Under the pieces are notes generated by a model that did not search any database, was not told the DNA's origin, and saw nothing but the letters and a program-made list of their open reading frames with translations. Positions 51,901-64,000 of a DNA stretch of 64,000 nucleotides are shown in pieces. Positions within the stretch are counted from its first letter, which is position 1. Every line of letters starts with the position of its first letter. The stretch is from positions 85,748,001 through 85,812,000 of the forward strand of contig NC_058368.1 of the NCBI RefSeq assembly GCF_018350175.1, in the 5' to 3' direction. This DNA is from Felis catus. Its lineage: Eukaryota. Made by a program: the position numbers and the translations under genes.

Positions 51901-54519
51901 TGGAAAGTAAGGTGGACTTGTGATACACTCAGTGCTACAACCATATATCCAGGCATAACCTATAGTGCATCTTCTAGTTCAGCTTGGTGAAAGTCATGAC
52001 CATTAATTTGCCCCACATAGCAATTGTATTCCATTAGAAGTTAGCCATATGATGTCTCTGGTCCCCTTGTCCAGGAAGTAGCAAACCAATTGGTTGCCTG
52101 TAAAATAATGGTATGGTCACAGGCTTCCTGGGGGGAGACATTTCTTTGGTGAGTACTATAGTGTCATGAATCAAGTGTATGGTTTCTCTGTTCCCAGCAT
52201 AAAAGACCCTATTGACTTAGTTGTGTTATTGTAGGAGTAAGCCACATATATCCATCCCATATTTGATATAATCCTTCCTGAGTGTATTGATAAGAAGGAC
52301 TATGTAGATGGGGAAAGTGTGGTAATGAGCCTATCTATTGGTTGGCATATTCAGTTAAAATTTTGATAATTCAAAGGCAAGAGAAAGGCCCCCTATGTCC
52401 TGGAGTGTTTGTTTCATGTAATATTTAGCATAGATCAGTAAGAAATATTATATTTAGTGATATAAATATTCCTCTATGTGCTGGTATTGGGGTGACTTTG
52501 TGTTGGATTTCATTAAAGGTGGCCACTGTATACGTGGCTAAGCCTTTACTTGCAATTTTACATTAAAAGAGGTGGGTCCTATAATAAATATGACTAAGGG
52601 ATAAAAGTATTAAGAAGGCTTCTTTGCCTGATGTCTAGCCTTAACCATATCATACTTGCAAGGAATCACTGGTAAGTAGGAGATGAATTGTTTTGGGAGA
52701 TAAAAGCATCCCCAAGTTCATTCTCCAATCAAATGATAAGGAATGTGGGGCCATCCATTATATTCACAAGTTCAAAACTAAACCCATAGAGTGGGATATG
52801 CTCTGACTTTTAAGGAGATATTTTATTATCCAAGTCACATGAATTGATCAAGGTGACAACTGAGTTACACAGTTGTTTTGGGAGTCCAAACCATTGTCCA
52901 GATGTTTAAATAAGCATGTGTCCATGGGGCTCCTTTTATTAGCTATAGAGTAATAAGCATGGAGATTGTCTATATGTGGGGTCTTATGACAGTCTCTCTG
53001 AAGTTTACCGCAAGTTGTCCATCTTAGGCAAATAACCAATTCTTAAAGACAATTAACCAAAATTAGAATCTAACATCAAAAAAGATATATTATTGAAACA
53101 TATAATATTTCTCTACATTCACCTTTATTTCCAGAGCTGGTCAAACCAGGACGAATTTGTTTGTAAAATAAGTATAATTTTAACAGAATTGGCATAATTA
53201 TTTACATAACCTCACCAAGAATAGTGATTGATCTTATGGATCCTTTAAAATCTTCTTGCTGGAACTTCTTATAAAGAAGATTGAACTTTTATTAGCTTCT
53301 TGAGACCAGAGACAAGCAAATATTTGTCATCAGGCTTGTCTGCAATAGCTGTAGATTTGGGTGTATTCTTCTTCTCAATGTCTCCAATATATCTGGGAAA
53401 TATATTTCCTCCAACATCTGCAGAAATCCTACACCCGCCAGTAAGATACACTGTCAGCTGGTAAGGCTGCTGGGAACTCTGTAAGCAAGGTATCAGGCCA
53501 ACATTCTCAAGGGGTTTATTGCTTTCCCAAACTCAACCTTAATTCCTTAAAGCTATCTGGTCATGTCTGAGTCTATGCATGTTTCTTTCAAATATGACAT
53601 TCCATTCAAAGCCTTGGTAATGTAACCAATGTTTCCAATGGTGCCCTGTTACAAGGAGAACAGGTTCTCATGGAACTTATGCAAATAATTATAAATACCA
53701 TGGAAGAAAGAACACTTACTGAGAGTTTCTGAATTCTGGAGATTTCAGGTAGGGAGAAATTTTAAATGCTTCCATTGGTTCACAAAGTAATATTCTATCA
53801 TCGTCTTCAATACAGTTAGTTCTATGTATTTAATTTTGTTCATCTTAAGTGCAACTTTCCCATTAGTTAAATTCTTACCCAGGTTGATTTTGTTTTTAAA
53901 GATACAAAAAAACTATTTTCCCAAAAATCCTTTTTATGAATCTCCTTGAAGATGAAATACATTTTGCAAGAGCATTAGAATAGTAAGTATAAATGACAAT
54001 AATAATAATAATAATAAGTAAAAAAATAAAATTAAAAAAATCCTCAGAAATGGTTAAAGATCTGATATGGGAGTTTATTATAATGCAATTGATAAGGAAT
54101 TCTGATTATTTCTGTGACGTACAACATTTCAATAATTCAAGTAATGACTCTCTATGAGGACATATTATAAATTTTGTTAATTTCATATATTTTCTAGATA
54201 CTTATAGATTTACCTGTAAAATACAACCTAAACATTTCATTCTTGGTTTGACATTGTTGTCCAGGTAACTTCACATACCAAATAAGGAACATAATTATTA
54301 AAAATAATATTTCATTTATGATTTAAAACTTGTAAATCTTGTTAAAACACTCAGAAAGCTTGAAAACACATGCCTAAAACGTATTATATGTTATTATAAG
54401 TGTAATATTTATATTTAACCAAAATGACAATAAGGGATTCCACAGGAAATTACATATTGTTTAGCAATACTTAGCTCCTTCAACATCGAGAAGTTTTAAG
54501 TTTCACTCTTTTTCATTTT

Positions 54520-54618
54520 TTTTTTCATTTTAATAGGCTCCACACCAAATGTGGCTTCTGAACTCACAACCTTGAGTTAAGAGTCCCATGTCCTATCTCC
54601 TGACCCAACCAGGCACTT
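54520..54618 (-). mobile_element. Short tRNA-head-only Can-SINE / tRNA retropseudogene
   Basis: aggctccacaccaaatgtggcttctgaactcacaaccttgagttaagagtc...caaccaggcac, preceded by a T-tract. Confidence 0.7.
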
Positions 54619-55516
54619 TCTTAAGTAATCAAAGTCCTGATAAAGACAAAACATACAAGCTATGGTTTTCTGGGAAGATAAAGTAAAACACTGGTTTTCT
54701 GGTTGGTAACAAGAGAAAAAAAAAACAACTTTGATTACATTTTCTTATAAAGAGCAAACAAAATAAAAAAAAAAACTTTGTCTTTTTAACAAAGATTAAA
54801 ATAGTTTCAAACTTAATGCCGTGCACTTTCAAATCCCATTCATTTCAAACTTACTACTAACCACATATAAAATTATTTTCCAAGGATTCCCCTTCACAAA
54901 CCTTCCACAGCTTTCTTTTCATTCAGATTTTGTCCTAAGCCTATTCTCTTCAAACAATATGTCTCATTTTAGGACAAAATTACTTCATTTTTCCTTCAAC
55001 AATATGCATTCACATTCCTTATACCTTTTGTATTAAAAACAAATATTTTCTTGTATACAGAGTTGCTTCCCTTATTTCCATCAGTTTTAATTATATTTAG
55101 CATAATTTTAACTCTTAGAAACTTTATTCTCCAGTGAAAATTAAGTAGTGAAAAAATGTGAACTGCTTCCTACACCAGAATTCTTGAGATATGAATACAG
55201 TGTATATGAATACATTGCATAATTCTAAAACCATGTTTTTCTGCCGTACAGTCTTTCAATAAAGCATAACACATGTTTACCAACAGACCCAAGTATCTTC
55301 AGCTTCTCTTCAATAAGAAACCAAAGGCATGAAACTATGTTCAGCCATCAATGCTTCACTACTTTACTGTTTTGACAAAACTTAGATATCCAATGTATCC
55401 ATTCCAATTTATCATTTACCTTAGCAAGACTTCCAAGTTTGAGGTGACCAAAGATTTTGAAACCTATGAAAACATTTATATATAAACCTCTTAATTTATT
55501 TAGCCTACTTGTTTTT

Positions 55517-55629
55517 CTATTTTTTATTTTTATTTTCTACTTTTTTAATATGAAATTTATTGTCAAATTGGTTTCCATACAACACCCAGTGCTCATCCCA
55601 AAATGTGCACTCCTCAATACCCATCACCC
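55517..55629 (-). mobile_element. Severely 5'-truncated felid L1 (last ~85 nt plus tail)
   Basis: Matches the reverse complement of about 13207-13300; acttgttttt TSD at 55507-55516 and 55630-55639. Confidence 0.9.
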
Positions 55630-56556
55630 ACTTGTTTTTTTAAAACTACCCATGAAAAGTTTGAAGGAAATGAAAGTGGTATCATTTTAGGTCATCTTTT
55701 TGCTGACAAATGACAACAGAGATAGCATGGGCTTATTTCACCTTTAGTAAACCTTGGTAGAAGAAACGTTTTATATTTAATGCTGATAACTCTAAAGACA
55801 AGTCTTCCTTAATTAAACTAACAAACTTAAATTAGCTTAAATACTGAATGTGTTGCACTTCGGTTGACTTAAGAGACAATCCACTTATTCCCACTGTCCA
55901 TGTTGACCTGGGGCACTTGTAGGGAAAGAAATTGGGCATTTTAAGTCCAAGAGAACCCTTGGGCCCTTTCGTATTGATTAGGGAAGGGTCCAGTTTGAAC
56001 CTCATAAGAAGGTGTTGCAACAGCTGGAGGTGCTCTTTGCTCCTAGATACCAAGAATAGAAGGAGCAGGAGCCACTGGCACTGGAGGCATGAAGACTGGT
56101 GCAGGAGCCAGTTATGCTTGCTGTACCCATGGTGGTGCAGAAACAGGAGGAGGGGTAGGTAGAGGCAGAAGAGGTGAGGTACTGCCAGGAAGTCTGGATG
56201 GAGAAAAAAAGCCCAGAGTGAAGACAAACAAGACTCCCAGTTCTAAAGCTCATCAGTTTGGACAGAGGAACAGATGCACATTTCTTTCCTCCAACAAAAA
56301 GCAAAAATAGGCAGTCCATGTGGAGCTGGAGAAGTCAGGGAACTGTCTGAAACAAAAGAAGTTTTGGCCATTGCTTGGGAATATTTCTTACAGTCCCTGT
56401 GCAGAGGTAGCTGAACCAGATAATTGGCTCCAATTAGGATATCCATTAACCTTGTTAATATATGAGGGAGAAAAATTCACATAGAACAATACTCAGGCAA
56501 TATTCCTCCAGGACTCTCAAAATCTATACCAGAACCAACACACAAAGAAGAAACAA

Positions 56557-56770
56557 GGGGCGCCTGTGTGGCTCAGTTGGTTAAGTGTCCAACTTGGGCT
56601 GAGGTCATTATCTCAGGGTTTGTGGGTTCGAGCCCCACGTCAGGCTATGTGCTGACAGCTCTGAGCCTGGAGCCTGCTTCAATTTCTATATCTCCCTCTC
56701 TCTGCCCCTCCGTTGTGTGCTCTCTCTCTCTCTCTCTCAAAAATAAATAAGCATTAAAAATAAAAAAGAA
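56557..56770 (+). mobile_element. Can-SINE, intermediate type
   Basis: ggggcgcctgtgtggctcag head; aaagaagaaacaa / aaagaggaaacaa TSD. Confidence 0.92.
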
Positions 56771-57809
56771 AAAGAGGAAACAAACAAACAGGGGACCAGT
56801 GACTCAGAAAAGATACAGGAGGCATGCATATTATCTTGGCAGTCAAGTGTTTATAACAGAGATAAGGGGAGCTCATAAGCTTAAAACTACACTAAAATTG
56901 TTGTGAGCCCCTGCATTAATCTACTCTCTCACCATCAGTGCAGAAATATGCCAGTTGCTTCTCAACCTCCCAATTTTTATGTTTGTGGGTTTTGTTTTTA
57001 GTTTTGGGGGGATAGAAACAAACTTGTGCATGCAAAGTTATATCACATTTCCTTAATTACCAGTGTGATCGTCCTCTTTTATGTTGGGGTGTCCTTTTCT
57101 ATGTTGTGTCTCTATGCCTTCTGATAGTTTGTCTATTAGCCTGCTTGCATTTTTCTTTGTTTATAGACATTTTAAAACCTGAAAACTTGAATAATACCCT
57201 TATGCTAGTTACATGTGCTGTAAGTCTCATCAACCAAATGAGTTCTTGACTCTTCCTTTACTTATTTTGAGAAAGAGATGGATTGAGAGGCCAAGAGAGC
57301 AGGAGAAAGAGAATCAGTGTTGACAGCATGGATTCTGACACAGGGTTGTATCTCATGAACCTTGAACACACCAAAATTTCATAGCAAGCTAATCATTGCC
57401 CCTAAACTGAAAACTTTCATCATCCATTTTAGAAAAGTTTCTTCAAGATGAGACTCATCCACAAATGAGAAAATTCCACATAACTACTGTTTTTGATAAC
57501 TTCTATTTTTGCCTTCCTTTCCCATATGGATTGTCTGCGGCATTCCTCTTGTCCCAGAATATTTGGAGTAGGGTTTGAGGCTAATAAAAAACGTCAGACT
57601 AAATTCTGAGTTTATTCCAGCATCAAGTTCTGACCTACCATTATTTTTTATTTCAGTAGCTATTGCAAAAACAAATTGATTACATATTTTGCTTTTTTCC
57701 TAATTGATTTCCACATCTTTAAGTGCCCAGTGAACCAATTCCCAGAAGTAGGATCCATTATTTCTTAATTCCTTTTATGCCTTTTATCCTTTATATTTTC
57801 AAACCACAT

Positions 57810-58528
57810 GTTTCTAATCAATTTTCCAATGCCAGTGGGTTGTTCAATCATTTAATAAAATTCTGACACTATTTACTCCAAACTATGTTGATCCCTGAAG
57901 TTAAGACTTAGTCCCACAAGACTATCCCCACTTCAGACACCAGCCACCAATGAGACCTTGAGGCTATTCACATTCTGCGAGGAAGACTAAAAGTTCAGGG
58001 GTTCCCCAAACTCCCCTCATTTGTGGTAATTGTTGAGAATGACTCAAAAAACTCAGGAAGAGAATATATGTATGCTCACAGTTTTATTACAAAGGTTACA
58101 ACTCAGGAATAGTTAAATGGAAAAGATAAGTGGAGCATAGAGTAGAGTAGGGATATAGAGCTTTCATGTCTCTCTAAGCAGGTCATTTTCCTATCACTTC
58201 AGTATGTGCACTGACATGAGGTTCTCTTAGCTTCATTGTTTTATAATGTTTGTGGAAGTTTCAAAATATAGGCATGAGTGATTATATCATTGGCAACTGA
58301 TAATTGGACAACTCTATCCCACTCATCTCCATGGGGTAAGGTACATAGTTTTAATCCTCCAATAACATTTTTTGTTCTTTTAGGGACAAATCCCTACCCT
58401 GTAGCTATCTAGGGGCCCCACCTTGAGTGACCTCAATAGCAAAAACTCAGGTATAGTAAAAAGGGCTTGTATAAATATCAAGATATTTGTATCACTCAGA
58501 AAATCCTAAAGTTTTAGGAGTCTGTTGT
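57810..58528 (-). mobile_element. MER21-like LTR
   Basis: Recognised motifs ttctgacact, agtcccacaagact...cacttcagac, aaaggttacaactcaggaa, gctatctaggggccc, atcactcagaaaatcctaaagttttaggag. Confidence 0.8.
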
Positions 58529-58760
58529 ATTTCTATACTCAAATAATAAAGCAGAAGAAAGAGAAATTAAGAAATCAATCCCACTTACAATTGCATCAAA
58601 ACCCATAGGATACTGAAGGATAAACCTAGCTAAAGATGTAAAACAAACAAACAAAAACCTTTATTCTGAAAACTATATTTCAGTGATGCAAGTAATTGAA
58701 GATGACACAAAAATAGAACAACATACCATGTTTATGGATTGGAAGAACAAATATTATTAT
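58529..58760 (+). mobile_element. Old L1 ORF2 fragment
   Basis: gagaaattaagaaatcaatcccacttacaattgcatcaaaa...catgtttatggattggaagaacaaatatt. Confidence 0.85.
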
Positions 58761-58837
58761 TTAATCTTTGCCAGGTATATTTCCAAGCAGATTTCATTAA
58801 ACCATCTCCTGAATTGTTAGGAAGGTAGGAAGATTAG

Positions 58838-60731
58838 GTCCTCTCAATAGATGCAGAGAAAGCATTTGACAAAATACAGCATCCTTTCTTGATAAAAACC
58901 CTCAAGAAAGTAGGGATAGAAGGAGCAAACCTCGAGATCATAAAAGACACCTATGAATGACCCAATGCTAATATCACCTTCAGTGGGGAAACACTGAGAG
59001 CTTTCCCCCTAAGGTCAGGAACAAGACAGGGATGTCCACTCTTTCCACTGTTATTCAACATAGTATTGGAAAGCTTAGCCTCTGCAATCAGACAACACAA
59101 AGAAATAAAAGGCATGAAAATCTGCCAGGAGGAGGTCAAACTTTTACTCTTCACAGATGACATGATAGTCTATATGGTACACCCAAAAGAGTCCACTAAA
59201 AAATTGCTAGAACTGATTCATGAATTCAGCAAAGGTGCAGGATATAAAATCAATGCACAGAAATCAATTGCATTCCTATACACCAACAATGAAACAAGAG
59301 AAAGAGAAAGCAAGGAATTGACCCCATTTGCAATTACATACACACACACAAAAAAAACATAAAATACCTAGGAATAAATCTAACCAAAGAGGTGAAAAAT
59401 CTATGTACCGAAAACTATACAAACCTTATGAAAGAAATTGAAGAAGACGCAACAAATGGAAAAAGATTCCATGCTCCTGGATAGGAAGAACAAATATTGT
59501 TAAAATGTTAATAGCACCAAAAGGAATCTACATATTCAATACAATACCTATCAACATAACAACAGCATTCTTCACAGAGCTAGAACAAGCAATCCTCAAA
59601 TTTGTATGAAACCACAAAAGACCCCATATAGCCAAAAAATCATGAAAAAGAAAACCAAAGCTGGAGGCATCACAATCCCAGACTGCAAGCTATACTACAA
59701 AGCTGTAATCATCAAGACAGTATGGTACTGGCCCAAGAACAGACACTCAGATCAATGGAACAGAATAGAGAACCCCCAAATGGACCCACAAATGTATGGC
59801 CAACAAATCTTTGACAAAGCAGGCAAGATTATCCAATGGAATAAAGACAGTCTTTTCAGCAGGTGGTGCTGGGAAAACTGGACAGCAACATGTACAAGAA
59901 TGAACCTGGACCACTTTCTTACACCATACACAAAAATAAACTCAAAATGGATGAAAGACCTAAATATAAGACAGGAAGCCATCAAAATCCTCGAGGAGAA
60001 AGCAGGCAAAAACCTCTTTGATCTTGGCCACAGCAACTTCTTACTCAACACGTCTCTGGAGACAAGGAAAACCAAAAGAAAAATGAACTATTGGAACATC
60101 ATCAAAGTAAAAAGCTTCTGCAGAGCAAAGAAAACAATCAGTAAAACTAAAAGGCAGCTGACGGAATGGGAGAAGATATTTGCACACGACATATCAGATA
60201 AAGAGTTAGTATCCAAAATTTATAAAGAACTTATCAAACTCAACACCCAAAAAACAAATAACCCTATGAAAAAGTGGGCAAAAGACATGAAGAGACACTT
60301 CTCCAAATAAGAAATCCAGATGGCCAACTGATGCATGAAAAAATGCTCCACATCACTCATCATCAGGGAAATACAAATCAAAACCACAGGGAGATACCAT
60401 CTCATACCTGTCAGAATGGCTAATATTAACAACTCAGGCAACAACAGATGTTGGTGAGGATGCGGAGAAAGAGGATCTCTTTTGCACTTTTGGTGGAAAT
60501 GCAAGCTGGTGCAGCCACTCAGGAAAACAATATGTAGGCTCCTCAAAAAAATTAAATATATACTACATTACAACCCAGCGATTTCACTACTAGGTATTTA
60601 TCCAAGGGATACAGATATGCTGCTTCAAAAGGTCACATGCACCCCAATATTTATAGCAGCACTATCAACAATAGCCAAAGTATGGAAAGAGCCCAAATGT
60701 CCATCAATGGATGAATGGATAAAGAAGATAT

Positions 60732-60774
<43 letters not shown>

Positions 60775-61224
60775 ATAATATGATATATGTATACACACAC
60801 ACACAATTGAGTATTACTCAGAAATCAAAAAGAATGAAATCTTGCCATTTGCAATTACGTGGATGGAACTAGAGAGTATTATACTAAATGAAATTAGTCA
60901 GAGAATGATAAATTTCATATGACTTCACTCATATGAGGGCTTTAAGATACAAAACAGAAGAACATAAAGGGAGGGAAGCATAAATAGCAAATAGCATAAA
61001 AACAGGGAGGGGGGACAAAACATAGGAGACTCTTAATTATAGAGAACAGAGGATTGCTGAAGGGGTTGTGGGAAGAAGATAGGCTAAATTGGTCACGGAA
61101 TTAAGGAATCTACTTCTGAAATCTCTGTTGCACTCTATGTTAACTAACTTGGATGTAAATTAAAAATAAAAAGTAGAATAAAACAAAACAAAACAAAACA
61201 AAACAAAACAAAACAAGAAAAAAA
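58838..61224 (+). mobile_element. 5'-truncated feliform L1 (RT to 3' end) with (GT)n and (AAAAC)n tail
   Basis: ORF2 pieces 59066-59362 (FTDDM), 59606-60310 and 60482-60778; 3'UTR of the same type as 36700-37030. Confidence 0.95.
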
Positions 61225-61474
61225 TATGGTAGAGGACTAACTGTTGGAACTCTAACATCTAGTGATGGGACAGTATGGTTGGTTGAAGAAAATTTCCATA
61301 TTGTGGTTTTTTAAATTCTTAGTTTAGCAACCAATTACCTCATATATCTTAATAAGTAGTTTTGCAAAGTTTTTTGAGCATATAGGCTTATTTTTACATT
61401 GTTAGGTGCTCTATGGATTTGGAAAATAATGAATAATACATCCGCTGAAGGCTTTGTAAAACAAAAACATATTT

Positions 61475-61654
61475 TAGAAAATGTTTATTTATTTATTTTG
61501 AGAGAGAGGGAGAGACAGTGTGAGAGGGGCAGGGGCAAAAGAGAGTGAGGCAGAGAATCCCAAGCAGGCTCCATACTGTCAATACAGAGCCTGACATGAC
61601 TTGTGGTAAAATGAAGAGTTGGATGCTTGACCAACTGAGCCAACTAGGCACCCT
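61475..61654 (-). mobile_element. Can-SINE, older type, internally deleted
   Basis: gagaatcccaagcaggctcc...ccaactgagccaactaggcaccc. Confidence 0.88.
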
Positions 61655-61856
61655 GAGAACACAAAGCTTTTGATTAAAGAGGTGGTCATACAGGATAATA
61701 TGCTTGTAGCTACCTGTATTAACACAGGATATTATATCTTCTAGTTCTTTTTCTGAAGTAATCACACTGAATAATCACATTGAGTCCAACTGAATATTTC
61801 TTCTTTTGATAATTATTAACTATTTTAGTCTATTTTTATTTATGCAAACATTTTTA

Positions 61857-62072
61857 TTTTTTTTAATGTTTTTATTTATTTTTTTAGATAGAGAGCGAGA
61901 GAGCCAGAGCATGAGCAGGGGAGTGGCAGAGAGGGAGACACAGAAGCCAAAGTAGGCTCTAGACTCTGAGCTGTCAGCACAGAGATGATGCAGGACTCGA
62001 ACTCACAGACTGAGAGATAATGACCTGAGCAGAAGCTGAATGCTTAACCGACTGAGCCACCAAGTTGCCCCA
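61857..62072 (-). mobile_element. Can-SINE, intermediate type
   Basis: 16-bp TSD tatgcaaacattttta at 61841-61856 and 62073-62088. Confidence 0.93.
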
Positions 62073-64000
62073 TATGCAAACATTTTTAAATTAACTTATG
62101 GTTTAAAGTCTTAAGCTTCCTCAAGTAATTTCCTTAGCCCCATTATCATTAAATGACACAAATTTTTACACTGACTGAATGACAATTCATCCATTTGTGT
62201 GTGTCACAGTGGTTAATTAGGAAATAACAGTTGGATAAATTGATATATGTATGTTACCACCTCATCTTTGACATGGAAGATTACCAGATAGTTCCATCCC
62301 CTCAGCAGAAATTCATTTGCTTATAACTGTGAAGAGATTATAAGCAAGAAGTGCAGAATGTCAGAGTACAGTTAGTTGTCTTTACTGCCATATTATCACA
62401 CGATAGCTGCTGAATCCTCCACCAACAGTGAAAGAAAGACAACCCACTCAGCACATGGGACAGTGCATTGAAAGTGTACCATTCTTGACCTCCCTTTTTT
62501 AAAGATTCTGCTGAGATGGTGCTTGCCCTTATTATTATGTAATAAACTCAGCTTTTCTCCATCAATCATTTCAGGGATCCTTCTGAGGACTTACAGATTG
62601 TCACCTGACTAAAATCACATGCAATTTCATAATATCTGAGTCAGAAATTCCAGCTCCAAATGGTACATGTGCCAAGTGCCCAAGTCTATGTGGATAGTCT
62701 AACAATCTCTTGTCATTTCCAATATAAATTGGTAAAAACATGTACCACTGAACTCTGAGCCTTCTGTACCATTTAATTAGTAGTCTCCTGACTATCTGAA
62801 GTGCTACAATGCCCATGATTTACGTTATGTTTCATGCAGATTTACATGCTAATTATATACAAAAAAATGTGTCCATAGTTTGTTTGACAACTTGTGCTCC
62901 ATACCTACCCTACTTAGTTCTTCTCAGATTTACCTTGCCTAGTCAGTTTTCACTTCCTGTTCTTGCTTTCAACTATCAAGCTGCCCAGTCATCCATTGTT
63001 TATGCAGCACTAACAGTATGGGTTGACTATGTGGAGAAACTCATATAAGAAGCTGAGTAAGGCTTAGACAAAAATGAAAATAACTTATTAACAGATTTAT
63101 AGTTAATAGAATCTTGGCTATGGAAATATGAAAGTGTACTTAAGGAAATACAAAGAAATATTTCCTGACTCTGGAGTGATCAGGTGCCCACCAAACCAAA
63201 GATGTGACTATTCCTGGGTTCAGCTCCCATGACAATTTCTGACATACACAGCTCATGCTGTTCTTTCTGGTGCATCTCATCCTTTTCAAGAAGACTTTCC
63301 CCTTTCATCTATCAGATCCCTCTGTTAGCTTTCCCAATGTGTGGCATCAGAATCTTTTCTGATGTAATACATACAGTCATAAAAGGAATACGCTGTAGAG
63401 TTCTGAAAAGAGACAAGGGAATCCTTGACTGCTAGTTTCTTACCATTTATCAGCTTTTTTCATAGTCTTGATTATGATGTGACACATTAAATACATAACA
63501 ATTAAGTTGGAATGGATGAATGTTGAAAGAGAAGACATTCTTTTGTTATATGCTTGATGCCCAATTTGTTTTCTGATGAATCTTATGAATTACTACATAG
63601 TGTCTGCAAAGAAAGAGACTGCATTAGAATTAATTATTCATTGAGCAAAAAAATGCAAGTCCTGAAAAAATGGAATTAAATTTTTCTTTTACTTTGATCA
63701 GATAAATGTTTTTGTTACTATCTTTGTATTTCTGACTGTACAAAAGTAGATGCATTATTTCTATAAATAAGATCTTGAACTACAAATAAGAAGTAAAATA
63801 AAAATTCAATTAGTCCAAATGGGAATAATGTATGATCAATAATAATCTTAATTCTCTTGATGAATTTGAGACATTTTAAGTATATATTTTACTTGCATTC
63901 AAAATAGTAGAGGAAAGTTTGATTACTCTTGGAGGAATAATTAAAAAATAAATTTGCCTGCCAACACAGAACATTTTATCCACAAACATAGAAAAGAACT

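Larger units (their letters stand above)
51290..56930 (-). mobile_element. ERV1 (class I, MER4-group-like) internal relic: leader/gag-like part, AT-rich middle, env
   Basis: env TM remnant at 51338-51745; MER4-group-like internal sequence (aaatatgacattccattcaaagccttggtaa...gaacttatgcaaataa at about 53590-53690); proline-rich gag-like reading at about 56040-56180. Boundaries are approximate. Confidence 0.75.

Noticed and set aside
57810..58528. MER21-like LTR as the 5' LTR of the ERV at 51290-56930
   Set aside because: About 900 bp of unrelated sequence separates them, and no matching LTR copy is visible at the env end.
3574..62072. tRNA genes or a CRISPR-like array from recurring ~200-bp repeats
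   Set aside because: These are dispersed tRNA-derived Can-SINEs with tails and TSDs in eukaryotic DNA; there is no repeat-spacer periodicity or intact cloverleaf.
62560..63425. Acceptor-like sites (+ at about 62574; - at about 63404) as further exons
   Set aside because: The downstream frames close quickly and show no recognisable domain; single motifs are expected by chance.

Overview
AT-rich mammalian genomic DNA from a cat-family carnivore, judged from its felid-type Can-SINEs and L1. I found no intact protein-coding gene; most of the window is LINE-1, SINE and ERV sequence. Beneath the repeats: (1) a decayed butyrophilin-family gene on + (degenerate TM exon 18702-18796, phase-1 micro-exons of 21/27/27 nt at 20371-20750, and a disrupted B30.2/PRY-SPRY exon at 22968-23536; no Ig exons found); (2) an old inverted segmental duplication (1-7163 vs 39488-47528) flanking that pseudogene, with a full-length L1 and a SINE at the same paralogous inner site; (3) a candidate TATA/Inr promoter and open signal-peptide-like leader exon at 49351-49629; (4) two 5'-inverted (twin-primed) L1s, a 39-bp fold-back palindrome, a solo LTR and an env-bearing ERV1 relic with no recognisable pol. 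Repeat subfamily names are from memory, not a database search. I cannot support a claim of a new biological system; the best leads are the BTN-like relic, the leader exon and the duplication architecture.
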